A stretch of DNA of 64,000 nt from an uncultured Nitrososphaerota archaeon (lineage in GTDB: Archaea > Thermoproteota > Nitrososphaeria > Nitrososphaerales > Gagatemarchaeaceae): contig OY969807.1 of assembly GCA_963703285.1 (NCBI GenBank), positions 1,312,001-1,376,000 on the forward strand, read 5' to 3'. Made by a program: the position numbers and the translations under genes. Of this stretch, positions 1-8,986 are shown in pieces (position 1 is the stretch's first letter; each line of letters opens with the position of its first letter). The notes below the pieces were generated by a model. It had not been told where the DNA came from and did not search any database. It saw only the letters and a list, made by a program, of their open reading frames with translations.

Positions 1-219
1 AACAACGGGGCCTCACCTCCGTTCTAGGAAGGGCTCGATTCTGACCAATCGCGGGAAATCATACTACCGAAAGGCCAACTGTTACGACATTTACGTCCTA
101 AGTTTGGGGAGAGAAGTGTTCTTTCGAGAAATCGGCCTGACTATTAGGAGAAAGTCTAACCGCGTCTCTCGCCAAATCATATGATTATTATCATATGTAT
201 CTCTATTTTGTGAGATAAT

Positions 220-336
220 TGGCGCAGGGGGTGGGATTCGAACCCACGAGTCCTTTCGAACAAAGGATTAGCACAAAGGGGACATAGGCTTAGGCCTAAT
301 CCAATCCTTCGCCATGCCAGGCTTGGCTACCCCTGC
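220..336 (-). tRNA. tRNA-Ser(GCT) with 30-nt intron at position 32/33 (intron 274-303)
   Basis: Acceptor GCAGGGG/CCCCTGC, discriminator G, encoded CCA, T-loop GGTTCGAATCC, long variable arm. Removing 274-303 gives AAGGA-TT-GCT-AA-TCCTT. Central helix AAGG/CCTT with 3-nt bulges fits a BHB-like motif. Confidence 0.85.
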
Positions 337-517
337 CCTAGGAAGCACCCTGGATTTCGCTGATTTAAGAACTATCACCAGGGGTATTGCGAAGAAGTAC
401 CAGCGAGGAGAATTTGTTTCGGCTCCAGTGCCGAAGCCATCTCCGGGCGTCGGATGACAAAAATCAGCCGATGATTGGACACCAACTGTCGGACTTCGGA
501 AACGTGTATAGGCCTCC

Positions 518-817
518 ATGCGCTCGAACCATTCGTTGCCAATCTGCCCGAAGTGCCAGAAGATGATCAGCGAGAGTCACTATGAAAGGCACCTCCGGCG
601 CTGCGGCACCACCGCCGAGCACGAGCCCCAATCCCTCTACGTCCCTTCGGCCGCGGCGCAGGTGGAGAGCCCGGAGAAAGGGATTACCTATGGCCCTCCC
701 GGTACGGACGAAGGCAAGAGGAACTGGAAGAAGTTGATTGGCGTCGGCTTCATCATATTCCTCCTGGTCGGCTCCTTGGTGGTTTTCTTCCTCCTTTACT
801 TTTTCTCGTTGCTGTGA
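518..817 (+). CDS. Small Zn-finger protein with C-terminal membrane anchor
   Basis: CPKC...HYERHLRRC motif and hydrophobic C-terminal helix. Confidence 0.65.
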   Translation: MRSNHSLPICPKCQKMISESHYERHLRRCGTTAEHEPQSLYVPSAAAQVESPEKGITYGPPGTDEGKRNWKKLIGVGFIIFLLVGSLVVFFLLYFFSLL

Positions 818-847
818 CACCATGGTTCACCTTCCCAGCCACTAGAT

Positions 848-1163
848 GGTGGCAGCTCCGCCGGAATTCACCACCCCGACCTCCCCCAGTCCCGCACACT
901 GGACGGTCCCCCACGTAGACGGAGCAGCGTGACCGCGTCACCTTAGGGCTGCTCCCTCCCGGACCTCGCCCGGTTCGGCAATCCAGAGTCAAAGCCCCTC
1001 CTTCGAGGGACCTGCTCCTCACGACCGCCCGCTCCGGCGTGAGATCAGCCCGCCCAAGCGCGTAGGTAGAAGGAGAGATGGCTTTACCCGACGGTTGCTG
1101 GCCTCCGCGTATAGCCGGTTTCAGATACGGGAGACGGCTAATCTCCCGGCCCTCCCCGCCACC
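848..1163 (-). ncRNA. ffs: Archaeal SRP RNA (7S)
   Basis: Alu-like 5' domain GGCCGGGAGATTAGCCGTCTCCCGTATCTGAAACCGGCT; helix-8 motif GGGCGAGGTCCGGGAGGGAGCAGCCC; terminal pairing GGTGGCGG/CTGCCACC; about 316 nt. Confidence 0.9.
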
Positions 1164-1174
1164 GAGCCCGAGCA

Positions 1175-2107
1175 CTATTCTCGAGTATATTTAGAGTGTT
1201 GCTGCACGAGATTTTTCATCCTGCAGACGCTGCAGAGGCCTCCCGAGGATGGCTGGCCGCACGAGGCGCAGGGAACGGGACTGGGCCCCTTGGAGACGGA
1301 GAGCTTGGAAGACACCTGCAGCGCGGAGTTGAGCAGGACGTTCTTGATCCCAGGGTGACCGACCTCCATCTCGTTGAGGTAGTCCCGCACCTCGCTCCGC
1401 AGCGCCTCGTGCATGTAGGGGCAGCTCGCGCTCTGGAAGGGCAGGCCCGAGAGGTGGGCGTAGAGCGCTATCTCCTCCTCGTATATCTCCATGAAGGGCT
1501 TCACGCGGCGCAGCGCGAAGTCTGCGTCGACGACCTGGGGGTCGGTCCAGCCCAGCCTCTCCACGTCGCCGTGCATCAGGTTCATCATGAAGGTCTGGAC
1601 GTAGTCGTCCAGGTTGTGCGCCGTCGCTATCACGTTGACGCCCGCCCGGACCGCGGCCTCGTCTATGGCGCGCCGCCTGAAGACGCCGCAGATGCTGCAC
1701 GAGGAGACCTCGCGTTCGTCCTTCCAGTCCAGCGCCTGGTCGAGGTCGTAGCCGAACAGCTCCCTGTAGGACACGACGACGTGCTCCAGCCCAAGCCGCT
1801 TGGCGAGGTCGGACGAGAATTCGATGGACTCCTCCCTGTAGCCCTCGACGCCCTCGTCGACGGTCAAGACGACCAGTTCGTACTGCCTCTTCTCGCCCAG
1901 GGTGTGCAGCACGTGCAGGAGCGAGAGGCTGTCCTTGCCGCCCGAGACGGCCACGCCGACCCTCTCCCCGTGGCTCAGCATGCTGTAGCGGGAGATTGTC
2001 TTCCTAGTCTTCTCGACTATCGAAGCCTGAAAGCATGCTGTGCAGAGCGACTCGCCGGAGTACCTCCTCGTGTAGAACGACTCGCCTCCACACTTCGTGC
2101 AACCCAA
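1175..2107 (-). CDS. ttuA: tRNA 2-thiolation protein TtuA/Ncs6 (TIGR00269-like)
   Basis: PP-loop SGGKDS, CSICGVFRR, ATAHNLDD, N- and C-terminal CxxC Zn fingers. Confidence 0.9.
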   Translation of the reverse strand: MGCTKCGGESFYTRRYSGESLCTACFQASIVEKTRKTISRYSMLSHGERVGVAVSGGKDSLSLLHVLHTLGEKRQYELVVLTVDEGVEGYREESIEFSSDLAKRLGLEHVVVSYRELFGYDLDQALDWKDEREVSSCSICGVFRRRAIDEAAVRAGVNVIATAHNLDDYVQTFMMNLMHGDVERLGWTDPQVVDADFALRRVKPFMEIYEEEIALYAHLSGLPFQSASCPYMHEALRSEVRDYLNEMEVGHPGIKNVLLNSALQVSSKLSVSKGPSPVPCASCGQPSSGGLCSVCRMKNLVQQHSKYTRE

Positions 2108-2172
2108 GTTGATGCCTCGAGCGACGAGGTGGATGAACGCTTAAAGGGTTCTCCCGTCGGCCGCGTCCTCTC

Positions 2173-3468
2173 TTGGCGACCGAGTACAAGCGAGTCACCT
2201 TCAGCTATGGCATCGTGATGGTGCGCACTCGCAGTGGCCTCTCCCTCATCGACAGACTCGGGAAGCGCAAGATAACCAAGCCGCTCGCCTGGATAATGCT
2301 CTACCTGATGCCGATCTCAGGTGGCTTGGCTCTCGCCATCCTCCTCTGGGAGGTCATCACCCTCCTGGGGCCGAAGGGCGCCGCGACGGCACACTACATC
2401 AGCTCCACCATAGCGCCGGAGGCGAACCTTCTGCTGCCTGGGATCAATCCGTACGTGCCCATCTTCTACGGGTGGCTCGCCATCGTCGTCGCCGTCTTCA
2501 TCCACGAAGCATCGCACGGCATAGTGGCGAGGTCTCTGGGGCTGCCGGTGAAGTCGGCGGGGCTCATCTTCCTCCTGTTCATACCGCTGGGCGCGTTCGT
2601 CGAGGTTGACGAGAGCGCCCTGAGGGAGACCAAGGCGAGGAACTCGCTCAGGGTCCTGGCCGCGGGGTCGGGTATCAACTTCATCGTCGGCCTGGTCTGC
2701 CTGGGCCTCCTTCTCTGGACAGCAACCGCCATGGTCCCGGCGGTCAATGGGTCTGGGGTGAACGCCGTCGACCAGCCCGTCAACGGTTCGATCGCCCCCG
2801 CGTGGAACGCCGGCATCAGGCCGGGAGACTTCATCGTGGCGATCGACGGAACGCCGAGCAACGACGTCGTGGCGTCCGGCGGAATCATCTACAGCTCCGG
2901 CTCGCTGACCTTCCAGCCCGGCCAGGTCATCAACGTGACCGTCTGGAGCGCTGGGAAGACCCACACCGACTACGGCATAGAGCTGGGAGAGGTGATAGTC
3001 AAGAACCTGCAGACGAACCAGACCACGACGTATCCCTACCTCGGCGCCTCCACGTACACGTACCAGTCCCTCGGGGGCATCGTCACGGGCTACCTGAACT
3101 TCTACTCGCGATCGACGACCTCATTCCTCCTCTACGTCATACCCCCGGCGTTTCCCGGCGTCGCAGGGTCGGTTCCCTTCTCGGATGAGCTGAAGGTCTT
3201 CTACACGTCGCCGCTGGGCCCGGCCACAAACGCCGTCCAGAACCTGCTGTTCTGGCTCTTCTTCGTGAACTTCAACCTGGCCATCTTCAACAACCTCCCA
3301 ATCTACCCCATGGACGGAGGACAGGCCCTGGAACGCTTCCTTGTCGGCGTGGGGAGGGGCAGGATAAACGACGACGTCGCGAACAGGATAGCCGTCGCGG
3401 TCACCCTGCTCCTCGTCCTAGTGCTCCTGACCGTCGTCGTGGGGCCGTACCTCTACGCCTACCTGTGA
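2173..3468 (+). CDS. Site-2 (M50) membrane metalloprotease with PDZ domain
   Basis: HEASH, GAFVE, PDZ-like GIRPGDFIVAIDG, NNLPIYPMDGG. Confidence 0.92.
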   Translation: MATEYKRVTFSYGIVMVRTRSGLSLIDRLGKRKITKPLAWIMLYLMPISGGLALAILLWEVITLLGPKGAATAHYISSTIAPEANLLLPGINPYVPIFYGWLAIVVAVFIHEASHGIVARSLGLPVKSAGLIFLLFIPLGAFVEVDESALRETKARNSLRVLAAGSGINFIVGLVCLGLLLWTATAMVPAVNGSGVNAVDQPVNGSIAPAWNAGIRPGDFIVAIDGTPSNDVVASGGIIYSSGSLTFQPGQVINVTVWSAGKTHTDYGIELGEVIVKNLQTNQTTTYPYLGASTYTYQSLGGIVTGYLNFYSRSTTSFLLYVIPPAFPGVAGSVPFSDELKVFYTSPLGPATNAVQNLLFWLFFVNFNLAIFNNLPIYPMDGGQALERFLVGVGRGRINDDVANRIAVAVTLLLVLVLLTVVVGPYLYAYL

Positions 3469-3504
3469 GGTTGCCGGTTAAATATCCGAGGCGACTGACG
3501 GGTC

Positions 3505-3828
3505 ATGATAGCGTCGCTGCTGCCCCTGCTCGGCTCGCTGTTGGCCGCGGCGAGGCTCGACCCAAGCATGAACTCGACCTCCGGCGACATGGGCTCAATC
3601 ATACAGCAGTTCGCGAACGGCTTCACCTCGGACGCCACGCAGCTCCTCAACGCAATCGACGGTTCCGTGATAGACGTTACAAGGGTGGCGTACGTCACGG
3701 TCCTCATCATCGGGATCTTTCTGTACTTCACACACCTTCAGAGGCGCCTCGGCAGGGAACTCATCACAGGAGGGGTAGTCCTGGCGATCCTCTCCGAGTT
3801 CGTCTTCCCGGTCGTCTTCAGGGTCTGA
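3505..3828 (+). CDS. Small membrane protein, TrbC/VirB2/CedA1 pilin-like architecture
   Basis: Signal-like N-terminus, amphipathic helix, two hydrophobic helices joined by basic loop QRRLGR; TATA-like GTTAAATA 28 nt upstream. Confidence 0.55.
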   Translation: MIASLLPLLGSLLAAARLDPSMNSTSGDMGSIIQQFANGFTSDATQLLNAIDGSVIDVTRVAYVTVLIIGIFLYFTHLQRRLGRELITGGVVLAILSEFVFPVVFRV

Positions 3829-4876
3829 GAGCGTATCTCAGGGTGGCGACGACTCCTCCGAACGAGGAGACCTGCTTCCCGACCTCGAGCGAGGAGTCGC
3901 AGAGGTGGACCGTCCCGCCCTTCTGTTCAACCGTGTTCAGGACCTTGACGACCCCCTCCTCGTCCGCGTTCCGGGAGAAGACGTCGTCGGAGACAAGACA
4001 CGAGTCGACGGCCCCCGCTTCTGCCGCGGCCCTCACCCTCGGGAGGGAGTAGGCGACGCGCCCGTCCCCCTGCCCTATGCGCTTGACCACCTCCTCCATT
4101 ATCTCCTGGACCTTGACGAGCATGCTGTCGCTGGCCACCTTCTTGAAGCCGCCGAACTTGAGTAGGCCCCGGACCCCGTCGGCGCCTGCGAGGTCGAAGC
4201 CGTCGATGACGACTAGTTTCTTCCTCAGGTCGGGGTCCTCACCCGCCCTGTTCGCCAGGGCCATCTTGGTGTGACCCGGGCCGGCTATCACCACGGAGTC
4301 GCCATCGCGCCACTCGTTCTTCAGGACGGCGACTATCTTCCGCAGAAAGGGTTCCGTGTCGACCTCCTGGCCCTCCTTCCCCGAGGCCCCCGAGTCGATG
4401 GTCGAGAGTATCGAGAGGTGCGAGCCGCTCAGCAGCCCCACCCCTGCCTCCCTCCTGTCCATCGCGACCAGCAGGAAGCGCCCCTCGGTCGACTTCGCCT
4501 CGTCGAGGATGCTCGTGTAGAGCGGCGTCCACCTCTCCTTCCTCAGGGTGAGCCCATGTCCCGGCGTGATCGTTACCGAATGGCTTCCGGACGTGCTGAC
4601 GCTGTCGTCGCTGGACTCGGTTATCCTTCCCCGGAGACGCAGCCTCCCCACGCTGCTGTCGAGGGAGACCTGCTCCACAAGGAGGGCGATCGTCACTTTG
4701 ATCCTTTCGCCCCGGTCAGGACGGGAGAATTCGTCCTCCCTCTTCGATATCCTCGAGCTCTTGGTGACAACGGTGTCTCCGGGGCCGATGAGCCTGCGGA
4801 GTGTCCAGAGGTCGTCCGGTGACTCCACGACGAGCGCGCAGATACCCTGCTTTGGGATGAGCTTCGATACGATCAA
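3818..4876 (-). CDS. pelA: Pelota (Dom34) ribosome rescue factor
   Basis: DDLWTLRRLI, AGPG, FGGVVATLRY; likely TTG start at 4876. Confidence 0.9.
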   Translation of the reverse strand: MIVSKLIPKQGICALVVESPDDLWTLRRLIGPGDTVVTKSSRISKREDEFSRPDRGERIKVTIALLVEQVSLDSSVGRLRLRGRITESSDDSVSTSGSHSVTITPGHGLTLRKERWTPLYTSILDEAKSTEGRFLLVAMDRREAGVGLLSGSHLSILSTIDSGASGKEGQEVDTEPFLRKIVAVLKNEWRDGDSVVIAGPGHTKMALANRAGEDPDLRKKLVVIDGFDLAGADGVRGLLKFGGFKKVASDSMLVKVQEIMEEVVKRIGQGDGRVAYSLPRVRAAAEAGAVDSCLVSDDVFSRNADEEGVVKVLNTVEQKGGTVHLCDSSLEVGKQVSSFGGVVATLRYALRP

Positions 4877-4889
4877 TGGGTCCAGGTCT

Positions 4890-6176
4890 CTACTCGAGGC
4901 CCAGGTCCCTGAATGTGCCGACGCGAAGCGTCTCCGGCATGTTCTTGATCTCCCCAATCCTGTGGCCGATCACACCATCGACCTTCGCCTTCGCCGCCGC
5001 GTCGACGAGCCTCTGCGTTATGATCCCGTCGAAGATGATGAACTTGATCCCGGACTCGCCGTCGACCTTCTGGACGAGCTCGCTGATTGGGAACCTCCCC
5101 TTCTCGGCCAGCGATTCGTCGAGCAGTATCGCCTCGAGCGTCCCGTTGAGCCCGGGGAACATCTCTGCGACCTTCTGGACCACCGGCTCCGGGGCCTGGG
5201 CCTCGACTGGTTGCGGCGCGGGCTGGGGGGCGGACTGCGCTGCGGGCTGCGTAGAAAGCTGGGTTTGCTCTCTGGGTTCGCGCGTTTCGCGGGGCATCCG
5301 CTGCTCCCTCGGCTCGCGGTACCCGCGCCTCGACTCCTCCCGCTCTCCGCGTTCTGGTCTTGACTGTCTCTGGGGAAGCTCGCCTCTCAGGAGCTGGAGA
5401 ACCTCCATCGGCGTCAGGTCCTCGACCTCCTTTCCGTGCGGCGCCCTGAGAACCCTCTCCACCCTCCCGACCTGCTCAAGCTCCTTCTCGATCAGGTCCC
5501 CTCCCCTGTCGCCGTCGAGCACCGCGACCAGCTTCCTCTTCCTCCCGAGGTCTATGACCGACTGCGGGATGGACGTTCCCTCGACCGCGACCACGTTCTC
5601 GACCCCCGCCCGGAGGAAGAGCACGACGTCGGCGCGACCCTCCACGACGTAGACCATCTCTGAGGTATACACGCCGGGACCCGCAGGGAGGTTCTCCACG
5701 CCGTAGCTGACGACCCTGGCCCTCTTGGTGGAGTCCTGGACGTCCTTCAGGAGGTTCTCGCCCTCGCTTGCGGTCCTGGAGCCCCACTCCTTCATGATGT
5801 CCTTGGCCCTGTCGACTATCTGCTTCCTCCTCGAGGCCCTTACGTCCTCGATGGTCACTAGCTCGACCCTGGCGGTGCAGGGGCCCACCTTGTCGACGCT
5901 CTCGACGGCTGCGGCGATGAGCGCGGCGGTGCTGACGTCCGTGGACATGGGTATGAGGATCTCGCCGTAGGTCCTGTCGTTCTTGGATTCCAGGTTGATC
6001 TCGATCCTGCCCACCTTCCAGGACTTCTGGAGCTCGTTCAGGTTCATCTCCGGACCGAACAAGCCCTCCGTCTGACCAAAGATGGCGCCGATCATGTCGG
6101 CCTTTTCCACTACTCCATCTACTTCGAACCTCAACTTAACGAGGTACTTTACTATAGCCGAATCTGGCAGTTGCAT
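4890..6176 (-). CDS. dnaG: Archaeal DnaG primase
   Basis: GAIFGQTEGL, VVEGRADV, TOPRIM DGDRGG, C-terminal FDGIITQRL. Confidence 0.96.
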   Translation of the reverse strand: MQLPDSAIVKYLVKLRFEVDGVVEKADMIGAIFGQTEGLFGPEMNLNELQKSWKVGRIEINLESKNDRTYGEILIPMSTDVSTAALIAAAVESVDKVGPCTARVELVTIEDVRASRRKQIVDRAKDIMKEWGSRTASEGENLLKDVQDSTKRARVVSYGVENLPAGPGVYTSEMVYVVEGRADVVLFLRAGVENVVAVEGTSIPQSVIDLGRKRKLVAVLDGDRGGDLIEKELEQVGRVERVLRAPHGKEVEDLTPMEVLQLLRGELPQRQSRPERGEREESRRGYREPREQRMPRETREPREQTQLSTQPAAQSAPQPAPQPVEAQAPEPVVQKVAEMFPGLNGTLEAILLDESLAEKGRFPISELVQKVDGESGIKFIIFDGIITQRLVDAAAKAKVDGVIGHRIGEIKNMPETLRVGTFRDLGLE

Positions 6177-6248
6177 TCATCTCGTGTTAGCTAGTTATCC
6201 GAACTGAGCTTTACAGAGCCGACCGCTCTTTCTCCTTTATTTAAACTC

Positions 6249-6671
6249 TTAGATGCCCGCGGTTATGGCGATGAGCTCCGGCACCAATGGAGAGAAACGC
6301 GCGAGGTTCTCCACGTGCAGGAAGGTTCTGTGAGAGGCCCTCAACAGTCGCCTCCTCTGCTCCATCGAGACCTCGATCCCCCTGTGGTCGAAGAACTCGG
6401 CGTACCGGGCTGCGAGCCTCCTGCCTTCCTCGTCGAGGTCTGTAAGCATCACAACCCGTCTGACGCGCCGGAGGCCCGCGACCCCCCTCTCGGAGTGTAG
6501 GGAAGCCTTCGTGAGTATCTGACCGTGGTAGCCGAGGCCGACGAGCGCGTCCCTGTCTCGCTTCCCCTCGACCAAGACGGCGGCGCCTTCCTCCGCGAGC
6601 ATGTTCAGCTCACAGACGAAGGACGTGAGGAAGACGACGAAATCCTGGAACCTTCTCTCTGGCCCTGCCAT
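6249..6671 (-). CDS. Small TOPRIM-domain (RNase M5-like) protein
   Basis: VLVEGKRD and LTDLDEEG TOPRIM motifs, directly upstream of dnaG. Confidence 0.85.
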   Translation of the reverse strand: MAGPERRFQDFVVFLTSFVCELNMLAEEGAAVLVEGKRDRDALVGLGYHGQILTKASLHSERGVAGLRRVRRVVMLTDLDEEGRRLAARYAEFFDHRGIEVSMEQRRRLLRASHRTFLHVENLARFSPLVPELIAITAGI

Positions 6672-6930
6672 TTTGAATCGCTATGTGGCCCGCCTCTGAA
6701 CAGCTCGACTCATCTCCCGGCTTGGAGCCGGCGTCGGCGAGCCTCTTTAAACGGGCCGAGAGTTTCTCACATCATCGACATAAAAATCTATCCGGGGTCG
6801 CAGCCAAGTCAATCTTGGTCGAGACATCAGAGGGGAAGGAACCTCGGACGTCCCTGGCCCTCGACGTGCGCCCTAGGTGCCTACTGAACTGCACCGGCTG
6901 AAGAGCTAGTCTACATCTGGGCCTCTCGAA

Positions 6931-8124
6931 TCAATTGCGGGCGATTGGAAGAGGACTCCACTCGTCCACTGTTCTCCTCAGGTTCATCGAAGCCGTTGCC
7001 ATTGCGCTGAGCTTCCGGTAGGCAATCTCTGCCGAGTTGAGAGGCGTCTCCGCGAAGGTGGCGAAACCGCAATCTGGGTTCAGGTAGATTCGGGATGGAT
7101 TGAAGTACCTAGTGGCTTCCTTCACTCGAGCTTCTATCCCTGCCGGAGACTCCACCATGTCTGTACGGGGGTTGACCACTCCGAGCCCGAGCTCCTTGCC
7201 GCCCGAAGATAACCCCTCCAAGACAGATAGGTTGCCTGCCCTAGCGGTCGCGAACTCGAGCACTAGCTGGTCTACCTTGATTTCATTGAGGTACTTGACC
7301 AAGGGCCCGTAGTCGCCGCTGAGGAGCGTCTCTTCCTTCCTGCTCCAGTTCCCCCTGCAGACGTGCAAGCACGTCTTGACGCCGCTGATTCCTTGGACCG
7401 TTTCGTTGACGAGCTCTGTGGCAAAAGTGAGCTCCTCCTTCGGCTCGACCTTCGAGGTTATGACCGCGCACATGAAGGTCTGCATCGAGGCCTCGCCGTA
7501 GACCACCTCGGTGAGGCTAGGCTCGTCCAGCTGGACTAAGGAAGCTCCCGCATCTCGAAGCTGGATGATCTCTTCCCTCAGGAGCCTGACGTACTCCTTC
7601 CCCAGCTCATCCCGCGAAGAGTAGCCCTTCTTCGATATCGGCTCAATCCAGCTAGCCCTCGTGAGCATGTACGGGCCGGGGAGAGACACCTTGATCTTCT
7701 TCTTGGTGTGCTTCCTCAGGAACTGAAGTTCATCCAACGCGAGCGATCGTCTTTTCGTTATCCTGTCGACGACCACGGGGGTCCTTATGGCAAAGGCAGG
7801 GACGTCGCGTGCCCGAAGCATCTGCTCGTACCTGGACTTGTCCTTGATGTAGTCCATGAGCTCCGCCATCGACATCAGTTTGATGCCGTCTAGTTTGTCA
7901 ACCACGAAGGAGTAGAAGCTATCGCGCCGCTGCTCTCCGTCAGTGATGATGTCCAGGCCCGCGTCCTCTTGATACTTGGCGGCAAGTAGCACCGCCTCGT
8001 CGGCCTTCGCCGAGAACTCGTCGTAGGTAACCTCTCCATCGTTCTTCCTTCTTAGCTCGTCGAGTAACCAGTCGGGCCTCGGCCAGCTACCGACGACACT
8101 GGTCTGGAAAGGTTCTTCGGCCAC
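6931..8124 (-). CDS. Cobalamin-independent methionine synthase II family, catalytic domain only
   Basis: VGSWPRP, TDGEQRR, QLDEP, Zn ligands HVCRGN, E and PDCG; lacks the N-terminal folate-binding half. Confidence 0.88.
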   Translation of the reverse strand: MAEEPFQTSVVGSWPRPDWLLDELRRKNDGEVTYDEFSAKADEAVLLAAKYQEDAGLDIITDGEQRRDSFYSFVVDKLDGIKLMSMAELMDYIKDKSRYEQMLRARDVPAFAIRTPVVVDRITKRRSLALDELQFLRKHTKKKIKVSLPGPYMLTRASWIEPISKKGYSSRDELGKEYVRLLREEIIQLRDAGASLVQLDEPSLTEVVYGEASMQTFMCAVITSKVEPKEELTFATELVNETVQGISGVKTCLHVCRGNWSRKEETLLSGDYGPLVKYLNEIKVDQLVLEFATARAGNLSVLEGLSSGGKELGLGVVNPRTDMVESPAGIEARVKEATRYFNPSRIYLNPDCGFATFAETPLNSAEIAYRKLSAMATASMNLRRTVDEWSPLPIARN

Positions 8125-8140
8125 TTTGCTTCGCCCGGTA

Positions 8141-8677
8141 CTATCTCGTTATGCTTATCTCGGGAACAACGGTCACGTTGCGACTGAGCGTATTCCCTAC
8201 TGGCGAGCTCGCGACAGTTTCTTTCCAGATCTCATCCACGACCTTCTTGTCCGCCTTCGTCCTCGCATACAGTTTCGCCCTTATCTCACGGAAGCCGGGA
8301 TGACCTTTTTCACTCAGACCAAAGAAGGTCAGAATGTTGTCGAGCTGCCCTTCGACCACGACCTCCAGGTCATCCACCTTGACACCTCTCTTGGTTGCGT
8401 TGAGTACGAACCCGACGACGTAGCAGCCACCCAGGGCCGAGAGGACATATTCGACCGCGTTGGGAGCGGTATTCACACCCGCAAGGGTCGACGGCTCATC
8501 CGAGCTGAACGAATGCTCTCTTACGTAAGCCTCTGACTTGAAGCCGCCTTTCCACTTCACCCGAGCATTCCACTTGTTCAGCGGCGCCGCAGCCTCCGGG
8601 TCCTTGCTCACAACCGCAACTAGTTCCTGAAGCTTGGTCAGGCTGAGTCCGTTTAGCTCTGTTACTGTTGCTGACAT
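8141..8677 (-). CDS. OsmC/Ohr-like protein with a single Cys
   Basis: DEPxxLAG, PNAVEYVLSALGGC; second Cys motif replaced by SSPV. Confidence 0.85.
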   Translation of the reverse strand: MSATVTELNGLSLTKLQELVAVVSKDPEAAAPLNKWNARVKWKGGFKSEAYVREHSFSSDEPSTLAGVNTAPNAVEYVLSALGGCYVVGFVLNATKRGVKVDDLEVVVEGQLDNILTFFGLSEKGHPGFREIRAKLYARTKADKKVVDEIWKETVASSPVGNTLSRNVTVVPEISITR

Positions 8678-8699
8678 TTCATTTCGGTAATCGATTATG

Positions 8700-8718
8700 C
8701 TTACGTAAGTATTTAACG
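8700..8718 (-). promoter_or_regulatory. TATA box plus perfect palindrome upstream of the OsmC-like gene
   Basis: GTTAAATA on minus strand (8711-8718) abutting palindrome CTTACGTAAG (8700-8709). Confidence 0.45.
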
Positions 8719-8938
8719 TTGACCCCTTACCGGTTCGGGCCCCTTTCTAACCCAGGCCATTGACATAACTCGCCGGGTAATCCATGCCCGTACAGGAGGT
8801 GGAGGGTGACCACCCGTGTGGGAAGTCGGGATCTTTGGCAAGGCTCAGAGGGGTGGCTTCCGCCTGTCGCGCGACTGGGTAAACCATCCGATCATCAAAG
8901 CATGTTTGGTGCCTTCTCGGGTGGCCGTTTTTCGCGCG

Positions 8939-8959
8939 TTCCGACGGAAGCCGTCGGAA
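8939..8959. terminator. Perfect 9-bp hairpin downstream of pheT
   Basis: TTCCGACGG-AAG-CCGTCGGAA, 28 nt past the pheT stop. Confidence 0.4.
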
Positions 8960-8986
8960 AGGCCGGGCGGCCGGATATAACAGATT

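Noticed and set aside
1-219. AT-rich edge beyond the tRNA-Ser 3' end as a second island boundary
   Set aside because: Plausible, but the partner att repeat would lie outside the window, so it cannot be tested here
6672-6760. Possible C/D box sRNA in the toprim gene leader
   Set aside because: Only degenerate boxes and a short, imperfect rRNA-like complement; insufficient support
8720-8935. Cobalamin or SAM riboswitch upstream of the OsmC/MetE-like cassette
   Set aside because: No recognisable conserved core, and the cassette's TATA box lies downstream of this region
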